Shown here in pieces: positions 37,975 to 46,729 of a stretch of DNA of 64,000 bases (positions within the stretch are counted from its first letter, which is position 1; each line of letters begins with the position of its first letter). The position numbers and the translations under genes were made by a program. Source of the DNA: Burkholderiales bacterium (GTDB taxonomy: Bacteria; Pseudomonadota; Gammaproteobacteria; Burkholderiales; JAEUOS01); NCBI GenBank assembly GCA_016790695.1, contig JAEUOS010000001.1:822-64821 (forward strand), in the 5' to 3' direction. The notes beneath the pieces were generated by a model. The model was not told the DNA's origin and did no database searches. It saw nothing but the letters and a program-made list of their open reading frames with translations.

Positions 37975-38979
37975 CTATTCCGGCTCGATCGCGGCCGCCT
38001 TCATGGTGCGGCGGGTCTCCTCGATGTCGCGCACCAGAAACGCGCGAAACTCGGCCGGCGAGCTCAGGTGGGGAATCGCGCCGTTGGCGGCCAGGGTCGC
38101 CTCCAGCGCCGGCACGCGCATCGCCGCGGCAAGCGCGGTGCGCAGCTTGTCCAGCGCAGCCGCGGGCACCCCGCGCGGCGCGACGATGCCGATCCAGCCG
38201 TTGAAGGCGAAGCCAGGCACGGTCTCGGCCAGGCTCGGCATGCCTTCCAGAACCCTGGCGTCGCGCCCCATGCTGTGCCCGAGCGCCTTCAGACGCCCCG
38301 CCTTGACCAGACCCATCGCCGCGGGCGCCGGCGTGAGCGTCCAGTGCGTCTGCCCGGAAACCACCGAGGCGACGGATTGCGCGCCGCCGGTGTGCGGCAC
38401 GTGCAGCGCATCGAAACCGGCGGCGACGCCGAAGTTCACACCGGCCAGATGGCTCACCGAGCCCACGCCGGCGGACGCCATGTTGACGCGGCCGGGATTG
38501 GCACGGGCCCAGGCGACGAACTCGCGCACGCTGCCCACCCCCAGTGCCGGATTGACCGCCAGCACATTGGGCAACAGCGCGACCGGCGAGACGAAATCGA
38601 AATCCTTCAGCACGTCGAATGGAACCGCCTTCTTCATCAGCGGCGCGGCGGTCATCGAACTCGACGAGGCGACGATGAAGGTGTAGCCGTCGGCCGCCGC
38701 GGTGCGTCCTGCCTCCATGCCCAGCAGGCCGGCGGCGCCGGCACGGTTCTCGGCAAACACCGACTGGCCGAGCGTCGTGCTCAGGTGGGCGGCCAGCGCG
38801 CGGCCGACGGTGTCGATCGAACTGCCGGGCGCGTTCGGCAGGATCAGGCGCACCGGGCGGGACGGATAGTCGGCCTGGGCGTGCGCGGGCGCGGCGAGCG
38901 CCGGCGCGGCGACGGCGGCGATCAGGACACACAGGCGCAAGGCAAACATGGCACGCGGCCTTCGAAGCGAAAGGTTCAC
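37975..38979 (-). CDS. Bug/TctC-family substrate-binding protein (4 of 7)
   Basis: Signal peptide, then YPSRPVRLILPNAPGSSID...ENRAGAAG. Start may be 38979 or the internal ATG at 38949. Confidence 0.88.
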   Translation of the reverse strand: MNLSLRRPRAMFALRLCVLIAAVAAPALAAPAHAQADYPSRPVRLILPNAPGSSIDTVGRALAAHLSTTLGQSVFAENRAGAAGLLGMEAGRTAAADGYTFIVASSSSMTAAPLMKKAVPFDVLKDFDFVSPVALLPNVLAVNPALGVGSVREFVAWARANPGRVNMASAGVGSVSHLAGVNFGVAAGFDALHVPHTGGAQSVASVVSGQTHWTLTPAPAAMGLVKAGRLKALGHSMGRDARVLEGMPSLAETVPGFAFNGWIGIVAPRGVPAAALDKLRTALAAAMRVPALEATLAANGAIPHLSSPAEFRAFLVRDIEETRRTMKAAAIEPE

Positions 38980-39000
38980 AGCATACTGCGTCGGTCCGTG

Positions 39001-40737
39001 TCACCCCGCCGCGCCGGTCAGGGCCTCGAACCCGTAGCGATTCATCGCGCCGAATCCCGGCATGCAGGGGTGCGGGACGAATCGCGTGCGGCAGTCGAGC
39101 ACCGCCGGCAGGCCGGAGGCGAGCGAGCGCCCCACCGCACCGGCGACCTCATCGGCACGCGTGACGGTTTCGCCATGGCAGCCGAACCCGCGCGCGATCG
39201 CCGCGTAGTCGGTGTCTTCCAGGCTGGTGGCGAAATCGAAGCCCTGGTGCTTCTGGCCGGCGCGGATCACGCCCCACGACGCGTTGTTGTGGATGATCGT
39301 CACCACACCCAGGCGATAGCGACGCGCGGTGTCGAGTTCGCCCACCGTAAAGCCGAACGAGCCGTCGCCGGTGAGATTGAACACCGGCCGGTCAGGCAGT
39401 ACCCGCTTGAGCGCCAGCGCGTGCGGCAGGCCGAAGCCCAGATGGCTCATGCCGGGCTCGTGAAAGCGGGTGCGCAGCGCGGCCACGCCGGTGAAGTCGT
39501 TGCTCCAGAACGTCGTGTGGCCGCCGTCGTAGACCGCGAGAGCGTCGCGCGGCAGGGCTTGCGCGACCGCGCGTGCCAGCGCCGCCGGATGCATCACCTC
39601 GCCCGCCTCGTCGGCCATCGCATCGAGGCGGGCGCGGTAGTCGCGGCGCGCGGCGCGCGCGCCGTCGAGCCAGCCGGTCTCGACCGCCAGCGCCGGCGCC
39701 GGCCCCAGCGCCGCGAGCAGGTCGTCGAGCGCGGCGCGCGCATCGGCCTGCATGGCGACCTCGTGCAGCACCGGATGGCCGAGGGCGGCCGGGTCGATGT
39801 TGATGCTGACCACGCGGTGCGTGCGGCGCACCATCGGCCCCTTGTCGTCCCACATCCAGGACGAGTGCCGGCAGCCGATCGCGACGATGACGTCGGCCGC
39901 GGCGATCGCCTGCCACACCGGCGACCCGGCGATGAGCCCGCCATGGCCGATGAAGTGCGCGCTGTCGCTCGCCACCACGCCCAGGGCCATCTGGGTCGGC
40001 AGGACCGGCGCGCCGAGGCGCGCAGCCAGGGCACGCACCTGCCCCGCAGCGTCCGCCGCGACCACCCCGCCGCCGGCGACGATCAGCGGACGGCGCGCTT
40101 GGCCGATGCACGCGACCGCGCGCGCCACCGCGTCGGCGCACGGGCGCGGACGGTCGAGGGCGCGATAACGTTCCGGCGCAATGGCGTCTTCGCCATCGGC
40201 GAGCATGCACGGCGAGGAAAGGACATCCTGCGGCACATCGAGATGCACCGGCCCGGGACGCCCCGAAAGCGCCTCGCGAAACGCCCGCCGCACCAGGTCC
40301 GGAAGGCGCCGCGCATCGTGGACCACGGCGTTCCACTTGGTCACCGGCCGCGTCAGCGCGACGCTGTCCAGGTCCATGAACATGCCGGCATGCGGATAGG
40401 CCGCGGCGCGGTGCTGGTTGGTGGTGATCGCCAGCAGCGGCAGGTTGTTCGCGAAGGCACCGCCCAGGCCCGCGGCCAGGTTGAGCGCGCCCGGCCCCAT
40501 TTCGCCGATCGCCACCGCGATGCGGCCGCGGCCCGCGAATGCAGCGGCCGCCATCATCGCGGCGCTGGATTCGTGGCGCACGCCGGTGAAGGTGATCGCG
40601 CGTTCCTGCGCGAGCGCCTTCAACAGCGGCGCCAGCTTGCCGCCAACCAGGCCGAACACGTGGTCGACGCCCTCGGCGCGCAGACAGCGCACCAACATGG
40701 TGGCGCCGTCGGCACCTCCGCCAGCAGCGGCAGCCAC
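39001..40737 (-). CDS. Thiamine-diphosphate-dependent enzyme (acetolactate synthase large-subunit / benzoylformate decarboxylase-like)
   Basis: GTG at 40737 preceded by GGAGGA. LVRCLRAEGVDHVFGLVGG N-terminal Pyr domain and GDGSFGF ThDP-binding motif. The upstream part of the track ORF is excluded. Confidence 0.85.
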   Translation of the reverse strand: MAAAAGGGADGATMLVRCLRAEGVDHVFGLVGGKLAPLLKALAQERAITFTGVRHESSAAMMAAAAFAGRGRIAVAIGEMGPGALNLAAGLGGAFANNLPLLAITTNQHRAAAYPHAGMFMDLDSVALTRPVTKWNAVVHDARRLPDLVRRAFREALSGRPGPVHLDVPQDVLSSPCMLADGEDAIAPERYRALDRPRPCADAVARAVACIGQARRPLIVAGGGVVAADAAGQVRALAARLGAPVLPTQMALGVVASDSAHFIGHGGLIAGSPVWQAIAAADVIVAIGCRHSSWMWDDKGPMVRRTHRVVSINIDPAALGHPVLHEVAMQADARAALDDLLAALGPAPALAVETGWLDGARAARRDYRARLDAMADEAGEVMHPAALARAVAQALPRDALAVYDGGHTTFWSNDFTGVAALRTRFHEPGMSHLGFGLPHALALKRVLPDRPVFNLTGDGSFGFTVGELDTARRYRLGVVTIIHNNASWGVIRAGQKHQGFDFATSLEDTDYAAIARGFGCHGETVTRADEVAGAVGRSLASGLPAVLDCRTRFVPHPCMPGFGAMNRYGFEALTGAAG

Positions 40738-40739
40738 GC

Positions 40740-41723
40740 TCAGTCCTCCGCGACGAAGCCGGTGGCGCGCGCGATGCCGCCCCAGCGCTCGTGCTCGCGC
40801 CGCACCAGGGCGGCGAAATCCTCCGGCGACTGATGGATCGCCACCAGGCCGCGGGTGGCCAGACCTTCGGTCAGTTCCGGCGAGGCGAGGCCGTCGCGGA
40901 CGATCGCGTTCAGGCGTCGTACCGTCTCGGCCGGCGTCTTCGCCGGCAGGAACCAGCCCAGCCATTCGTGGAGCAGGAGATCCTTGTAGCCCAGTTCGAC
41001 GAAGGTCGGCACGTCGGGCAGGAAGCGCGAGCGCTTCTCGGTGGCCACTGCCAGCGAGCGCAGCTTGCCGGCGCGGATGTGCGGCAACACCTCGCCCAGC
41101 ACGTTGAAGCTCACCGGAATCTGCCCGCCCAGCAGATCCTGCAGCAGCGGCGCGCCGCCCTTGTAGGCCACGGTCGTGAACTCGAAGTTCTCCGCGCGCC
41201 GCAGCATCATGCCGGCGAAATTGAGCGCCGACCCGGCCGCCGGCACGCCGTAGCTGGCGAGCTTCGGATTGGCCCTGGCCCAGCGCAGGTAGTCCGCCAC
41301 CGTGCGGATCTCCGCCGGCAGGCCGGGGCCGGCCGTGAACGAGATGTCATAGGTCGCCGTCGATGTGACCGGAATGAAGTCGGCGAGCGGGTCGTAGGAG
41401 AGCTTCTTGTAGATGTGCGGGTAGAGCACCATGATCGAACTCGGAATCTGCAGGATGGTGAGCCCGTCGGGCGCGGCGCGGCGCACGTAGTCCACCGCGA
41501 TGCGTCCGCCGGCGCCGACCCTGGCTTCGACGATCACGTTGGCCGCATAGCGGCCGCGCAGGCGCTCGGCCAGCGGCCGCGAGATCGCATCGCCCATGCC
41601 GCCGGCGGGAAAGCCGGAAATGATGCTGGCGGTGCCGGCAAGCTGCGCGCACGCCGTGCGCGTTGCGGCCAGGGCGACGCCGGCCCCGGCGGCGGCGAGC
41701 AGGATGCGGCGTTGGCGATCCAT
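40740..41723 (-). CDS. Bug/TctC-family substrate-binding protein (5 of 7)
   Basis: MDRQRRILLAAAGAGVALAATRTACAQ leader with GAGGAG RBS. Bug-family body, with a slightly atypical N-terminal motif (IISGFPAGGMGD). Confidence 0.88.
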   Translation of the reverse strand: MDRQRRILLAAAGAGVALAATRTACAQLAGTASIISGFPAGGMGDAISRPLAERLRGRYAANVIVEARVGAGGRIAVDYVRRAAPDGLTILQIPSSIMVLYPHIYKKLSYDPLADFIPVTSTATYDISFTAGPGLPAEIRTVADYLRWARANPKLASYGVPAAGSALNFAGMMLRRAENFEFTTVAYKGGAPLLQDLLGGQIPVSFNVLGEVLPHIRAGKLRSLAVATEKRSRFLPDVPTFVELGYKDLLLHEWLGWFLPAKTPAETVRRLNAIVRDGLASPELTEGLATRGLVAIHQSPEDFAALVRREHERWGGIARATGFVAED

Positions 41724-41870
41724 CGTGGTCTCCTCGTCTGGGAACGACGGCACCTGCCGTCATCGTCGCCGCACGATACGCGGCGGCCCGCGCGAAGGCC
41801 ATGGACGAATCCCGACCCGCCTTGTACATTTCCGGCCAAGGTTCTCCCGCCGCGCCCGCGTCGCCCGCCC

Positions 41871-42806
41871 ATGCCCCCCGCTGCCGCCCCCCAGGTCGTC
41901 GCCTACCGCGAGGTGCGCCATTTCCAGCCCGACGACTGGCTGCACCACGAGACCATCGCGGTGCGCGGACGCCTGCACGATTGGACGATTCCGGCACACC
42001 GGCATCAGGGCCTGCACCAGATCCACCTGCTGGCCAGCGGCCGCGTCCGCGCCACCATCGACGGCACCGCGCATCGGCTCGATGCGCCCGCCCTGTGGAT
42101 GATCGCCCCCGGCACCGTGCACGGCTTCGCGTATGCGGCCGACAGCGCGGGCCAGCAGGTCACCGTGCCGACGCCGGCGCTGGCGCAGGCGCTGGCCCCG
42201 TCGCCGGCCCTTGCCGCGCGCCTGACGCGCTCGATCATCCTCGGCAGGGAGGCGGTCGCGCCCGATGTCGACGCGTGCGCGCTGCTGTTCGCGCGCATCG
42301 CCGAGGAATTCGGCCAGAGCCGGCCCGGGCGCGCCGAGGCGCTCGCGGCGCTCGCCACGCTGCTCGTGGTGTGGGTGCTGCGCCAGGGCGGCGCGGCGGA
42401 CGGCCCGCTGCAGCGCCAGGCCGCACGCGACGCGCTCACGCACCGCTACCGCGCGCTGATCGAACTGCATTTCCGGCGCCGGCATCAGCTCGCGTTCTAC
42501 GCCGATGCGCTGGGCGTCACCGCGGACCATCTGAGCCGCGTCTGCCGCGCCACCACCGGGCAGCCGGCGCTCGCGCTGCTGCACGAGCGCCTCCTGCTCG
42601 AGGCGCGCCGCGCGCTCGCCTATTCGGGGGCCACGGTCGAGGCGGTCGCGCGCGACCTGGGCTTCGAGGACCCCGCCTACTTCAGCCGGTTCTTCGGGCG
42701 CCACGCCGGCAGGCCGCCGTCGCGCTATCGCGCCGCGGTCGGCGACGGGCGCGACGCCCCGCCCGACGGCGGCGTTGACGGCACGGCGGGTGCGCGGAGA
42801 TACTGA
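41871..42806 (+). CDS. AraC-family transcriptional regulator with N-terminal cupin-like sensor domain
   Basis: HRHQGLHQIHLL...VHGF cupin-like region. C-terminal double HTH (FYADALGVTADHLSRVCR ... VARDLGFEDPAYFSRFF). Confidence 0.85.
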   Translation: MPPAAAPQVVAYREVRHFQPDDWLHHETIAVRGRLHDWTIPAHRHQGLHQIHLLASGRVRATIDGTAHRLDAPALWMIAPGTVHGFAYAADSAGQQVTVPTPALAQALAPSPALAARLTRSIILGREAVAPDVDACALLFARIAEEFGQSRPGRAEALAALATLLVVWVLRQGGAADGPLQRQAARDALTHRYRALIELHFRRRHQLAFYADALGVTADHLSRVCRATTGQPALALLHERLLLEARRALAYSGATVEAVARDLGFEDPAYFSRFFGRHAGRPPSRYRAAVGDGRDAPPDGGVDGTAGARRY

Positions 42807-42879
42807 GCCGCTGTGCGCGGCCGCCCGGCCGCGCGCCGGCACCGCGGCAGCGGGGCTGCAACAACGCATGGGAGACCGG

Positions 42880-44079
42880 ATGTCCGCGACCACCGAATCG
42901 CTGTTCCGCGGCACGATCGCCGACCTGCCGGCGCGCATCGACGTCGCCGCGCAGATCGCGCCCGAGCACTACGCCCTCGAACGCGAGCGCATCTGGCGCC
43001 GCGCCTGGCTCGCGATCGGCCACACGCAGGACCTGCCGGCGAAGGGCAGCTACTTCGTCTACGACATCCCGACCTTCAGCATGTCGCTGCTGGTGGTGCG
43101 CGGCCAGGACGACCGGGTGCGCGTGTTCCACAACATCTGCCGGCACCGCGGCAACAAGCTCGAGCGCGGCGGCGCCGGCTGCAAGTCGCACTTCACCTGC
43201 AACTTCCACGGCTGGGTGTTCAACAACGACGGCGCGCTGCGCCTGATCACCGACGAGAAGGAGTTCGAGGACTGCGACAAGAGCGCGCTCGGCCTGATCC
43301 CGGTGCACAGCGCGGTCTGGAACACGATGATCTTCATCAACCTCGCCGAGGAGCCGCACTGCTCGCTCGCCGAGTGGCTCGGCGACCTGCACGGCCAGTA
43401 CGACGGCTACTTCGAGGAGCGCGAGAAGGTCGCGGCGTTCAAGGCGGTGGTCCACGCCAACTGGCACCTCGCGGTCAACGCCTTCACCGAGGGCTACCAC
43501 ACGCTGTACCTGCACAAGAGCACCGCGCGCGACTACCAGGGCGGTCGCACCAACCCGGAGCGCCATCGGCCGCACATCGAGATCCTCGAGCGCCACCACC
43601 GCTACTCCGCGCCCGGCAATCCGGACAAGGTGTTCGTGCGCGGGGAGAAGGTCGCCGCGAAGTACGGGCGCCTGATGATCCCGGCGTTCGACTTCGACTC
43701 CTCGGCGCTGCCGCCCGGCGTCAACGCCGCGCGCCACGACAAGTGGGCGTTCGACGTGGTCGAGTTCTTTCCCAACCTCGTGATGCTGCAGGGCAACTGC
43801 TGGCAGAACGAGATCACCTACTGGCCGATCGACGCCGGGCGCACGCTGATCCTCAACCAGGCCTGGGCCTACAAGGCGAAGAACCTGGGCGAGCGCCTGA
43901 GCCGGTCGTACTTCCGCGCGCGCGTGCGCGACGTGTTCCGCGAGGACCTCAACACGCTCGAGGCGCAGCAGGCCGCGCTGTCGACCGGCGCGATGCGCGA
44001 GGTGGTGCTGTCGCGCCAGGAGATGGCGCTGCGCCACCACTACAAGGTCAGCGCCCGGATGCTCGGAGGCGAACTGTGA
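42880..44079 (+). CDS. Rieske [2Fe-2S] non-haem-iron aromatic-ring-hydroxylating oxygenase, alpha subunit
   Basis: Rieske motif CRHRG...CNFHGW. Catalytic-domain motif NAFTEGYHTLYLH. GGGAGA RBS before the ATG at 42880. Confidence 0.9.
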   Translation: MSATTESLFRGTIADLPARIDVAAQIAPEHYALERERIWRRAWLAIGHTQDLPAKGSYFVYDIPTFSMSLLVVRGQDDRVRVFHNICRHRGNKLERGGAGCKSHFTCNFHGWVFNNDGALRLITDEKEFEDCDKSALGLIPVHSAVWNTMIFINLAEEPHCSLAEWLGDLHGQYDGYFEEREKVAAFKAVVHANWHLAVNAFTEGYHTLYLHKSTARDYQGGRTNPERHRPHIEILERHHRYSAPGNPDKVFVRGEKVAAKYGRLMIPAFDFDSSALPPGVNAARHDKWAFDVVEFFPNLVMLQGNCWQNEITYWPIDAGRTLILNQAWAYKAKNLGERLSRSYFRARVRDVFREDLNTLEAQQAALSTGAMREVVLSRQEMALRHHYKVSARMLGGEL

Positions 44080-44453
44080 AGACCACCCTGCCGCCGCCGT
44101 TCCGCGCGCTCGAGCCCTGGGTCGCCGACTGGTCGATCCCGCACGAGGCGGGCCGCTTCAACAAGCGCGTCGCGACGCCCGCGCGCGAGCTCGATCGCTT
44201 CGTCGCCGCGGTGTTTCCGCAGATCGAGGCGATCGTCGACTTCCTGAACCGCATCCCGACCGCCGATCCGGACGCGCTCGACGCGCCCGAGCGCCGGCTG
44301 TTCGACCTCGCGCTGATGTGCATGGAAGCCTCGATTCCCGGCGACCTCGGCTGGGACGGCAACGACATCGAGGATGCCTGGCCCGCCGAGCGCCTGACCT
44401 TCCTCGCCCCGAGCCTGTTCGCGGAACCGGCCAACCGCCACAAGGACGACTGA
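44076..44453 (+). CDS. Hypothetical 125-aa protein translationally coupled to the Rieske oxygenase
   Basis: GTG at 44076 overlaps the oxygenase stop (GTGA), with GGAGG 8 nt upstream. High-GC3 frame. One Cys only, so not a ferredoxin. Too short and dissimilar to be an NTF2-like beta subunit. Confidence 0.55.
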   Translation: MKTTLPPPFRALEPWVADWSIPHEAGRFNKRVATPARELDRFVAAVFPQIEAIVDFLNRIPTADPDALDAPERRLFDLALMCMEASIPGDLGWDGNDIEDAWPAERLTFLAPSLFAEPANRHKDD

Positions 44454-44454
44454 C

Positions 44455-45423
44455 ATGATGCGCACCTGTCGCGGGCTCGCCCGTTCGCTCGCCTTCGCCC
44501 TTGTCGCGCTCGCCGGCGCCGCGGCCGCGCAGTCGTGGCCGTCGAAGCCGGTCCGCTGGATCGTGCCGTTCCCGCCCGGCGGCCCGGGGGACACGGTGGC
44601 GCGGCAGATCGCGACGCCGCTCGCCGAGCGCCTCGGCCAGTCGGTGGTCATCGACAACCGGCCGGGCGCCAACAGCAACATCGGCTTCGAGGCGGGCGCG
44701 CGCGCCGCGCCCGACGGCTACACCATGCTCTTCGCGGTTGCGGCGCTGGTGACCAACCCGCACCTGTACAAGGTGAACTACGACCCGCTCAGGGACCTGG
44801 TGCCGGTGGCCCAGATGAACCGGCTGCAGGCGATGCTGGTGGCCAGCACGCGCTTCGCGCCGTCGACGCTGCAGGAGGTCGTCGCGCACGCGCGCGCCAA
44901 CCCGGGCAAGGTCAAGTGCGCCTGGGGCGGGTCGATCCTCCTGGGCCTGGGCTGCGAGGTGCTCAAGTCCGAGGGCAAGCTCGACGTGACCGTGGTGTCC
45001 TACAAGGGCTCGGCCCCGGCGCTGACCGACCTCCTCGGCGGGCACGTCGACCTGATGATCGACGTCTCCAACACCGCCGCGCCGCAGATCCGCGCGGGCA
45101 AGATCAAGCCGATCGCCATGCTCAACCCGGCGCGCGGGCAGCAGCCGTTCCCCGACCTGCCCGCGCTGAGCGAGTTCATCCCGGGATTCGAGATGGTCAC
45201 CTGGCAGGGCATCGTGATGCCCGCCGGCACGCCGAAGGAGATCGTCGCGCGCCTGAACCGCGAGGTCAACGCGGTGCTGCAGTCGCCGGAGGTGCGCCAG
45301 AAATTCCAGGAGACCGGCGTCGACCCGGTGACCGGGACGCCCGAGCAGTTCGGCGAGGTGATGCAGCGCGACTACGCGAAGTACGGCCGGATCATCAGGG
45401 CGGCCAACATCAAGGTCGACTGA
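44455..45423 (+). CDS. Bug/TctC-family substrate-binding protein (6 of 7)
   Basis: Signal peptide, then WPSKPVRWIVPFPPGGPGD...IDNRPGANS. Confidence 0.9.
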   Translation: MMRTCRGLARSLAFALVALAGAAAAQSWPSKPVRWIVPFPPGGPGDTVARQIATPLAERLGQSVVIDNRPGANSNIGFEAGARAAPDGYTMLFAVAALVTNPHLYKVNYDPLRDLVPVAQMNRLQAMLVASTRFAPSTLQEVVAHARANPGKVKCAWGGSILLGLGCEVLKSEGKLDVTVVSYKGSAPALTDLLGGHVDLMIDVSNTAAPQIRAGKIKPIAMLNPARGQQPFPDLPALSEFIPGFEMVTWQGIVMPAGTPKEIVARLNREVNAVLQSPEVRQKFQETGVDPVTGTPEQFGEVMQRDYAKYGRIIRAANIKVD

Positions 45424-45469
45424 GCCCGCATCGCCGGCGACGCGCCGGCCGCGACGCCTCCTCCCGCCG

Positions 45470-46696
45470 ATGTCCGCCGCGACGCCCGCCCAGGCCCCCG
45501 TTCCCGCCGGTCCGCAGGCGGCGGTGTTCCCGGTCATCCTCGCGCTGTCGTTCAGCCATCTGCTCAACGACCTGATGCAGGCGCTGATCCCGGCGCTGTA
45601 TCCGATGCTGAAGCAGCAGCTGCAGCTCGACTTCACCCAGATCGGGATCATCACGCTGGCCTTCCAGCTCACCGCCTCGCTGCTGCAGCCGACGATCGGC
45701 ATCTACACCGACCGCCGTGCGCAGCCGTATTCGCAGGCCGTCGGCATGGCAGCCACGGCCGTCGGGCTCCTCCTGCTGTCGCGCGCGGACAGCTTCCCGA
45801 TGGTGCTCGTCGCCGCGGCGCTCATCGGCAGCGGCTCGGCGGTGTTCCACCCCGAGGCGTCGCGGGTCGCGCGCATCGCCTCCGGCGGGCTCTATGGCAC
45901 CGCGCAGGCGCTGTTCCAGGTCGGCGGCAACCTCGGCAGCGCGTTCGGCCCGCTGCTGGCGGCCTTCATCGTGCTGCCGCGCGGCCAGGGCGCGATCGCC
46001 TGGGTCGCGCTGTTCGCGCTCCTCGGCATGATCATCCTGGCCCGCGTCGGCCGGTGGTACGCGGCGCGGCTGCGGCAGGCGCATCCGACAGTGCATGCGC
46101 ACGCCGGCGCGCCGCCGGCGCCGCACGCGCGCGTCGGCTTCCTCTTCACCATCCTCATGCTCCTGGTCCTGTCGAAGAACGTCTACAGCGCCGGGCTGAC
46201 CTCCTATTTCACCTTCTACCTGATCGAGCGCTTCGCCCTGCCGGTGCAGACGGCGCAGATCCACCTGTTCATCTACATGGCCGCCGTCGCGGTCGGCACC
46301 GTCGCCGGCGGCGCGCTCACCGACCGCGTCGGGCGCCTGCCGATGATCTGGATCTCGATCCTCGGCGCGCTGCCGTTCACCGCGGCCCTGCCGCACGCGA
46401 GCCTCGCCGGCACCGCGGTGCTCACGGTCATCATCGGCCTGCTGACCGCGTCGGCGTTTCCGGCGATCCTGGTCTACGCGCACGAGCTCATGCCGGGCCG
46501 GGTCGGCATGGTCTCCGGGGTGTTTTTCGGCCTGGCCTTCGGTCTCGGCGGCCTCGGCGCCGCGGCGATGGGCCGGCTCGCGGACAGCCACGGCATCGTG
46601 CTGGTGTTCCAGCTCTGCGCCTACCTGCCGGCGATCGGCCTGGCGGCCTGGTTCCTGCCCAACCCGGCCGGCAGCCGCGCGCGGGCCGCCGCCTGA
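45470..46696 (+). CDS. MFS transporter (Fsr/fosmidomycin-resistance-like subfamily)
   Basis: 408 aa, 12 predicted hydrophobic segments. N-terminal SFSHLLNDLMQALIPALYPML fits the Fsr-type MFS. Confidence 0.82.
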   Translation: MSAATPAQAPVPAGPQAAVFPVILALSFSHLLNDLMQALIPALYPMLKQQLQLDFTQIGIITLAFQLTASLLQPTIGIYTDRRAQPYSQAVGMAATAVGLLLLSRADSFPMVLVAAALIGSGSAVFHPEASRVARIASGGLYGTAQALFQVGGNLGSAFGPLLAAFIVLPRGQGAIAWVALFALLGMIILARVGRWYAARLRQAHPTVHAHAGAPPAPHARVGFLFTILMLLVLSKNVYSAGLTSYFTFYLIERFALPVQTAQIHLFIYMAAVAVGTVAGGALTDRVGRLPMIWISILGALPFTAALPHASLAGTAVLTVIIGLLTASAFPAILVYAHELMPGRVGMVSGVFFGLAFGLGGLGAAAMGRLADSHGIVLVFQLCAYLPAIGLAAWFLPNPAGSRARAAA

Positions 46697-46729
46697 TTCA
46701 TCGCCGCGCCGCGCGGACGGCGCCGGGCG

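Noticed and set aside
35453-39004. 1183-aa minus-strand ORF, and similar over-long track ORFs (18985..21606, 22225..24522, 13282..15321, 55285..58422, 5609..8482, 40791..42806, 39001..40965).
   Set aside because: Only the 3' portion of each encodes the recognisable protein. The 5' extensions run through neighbouring genes in the wrong frame because stop codons are rare. I trimmed each to internal ATG/GTG starts that have an RBS and a family-typical N-terminus.
37267-40833. 1188-aa plus-strand ORF.
   Set aside because: It is antisense to three well-supported minus-strand genes (extradiol dioxygenase, Bug SBP, ThDP enzyme). Its composition is low-complexity and Arg-rich, and it has no RBS context.
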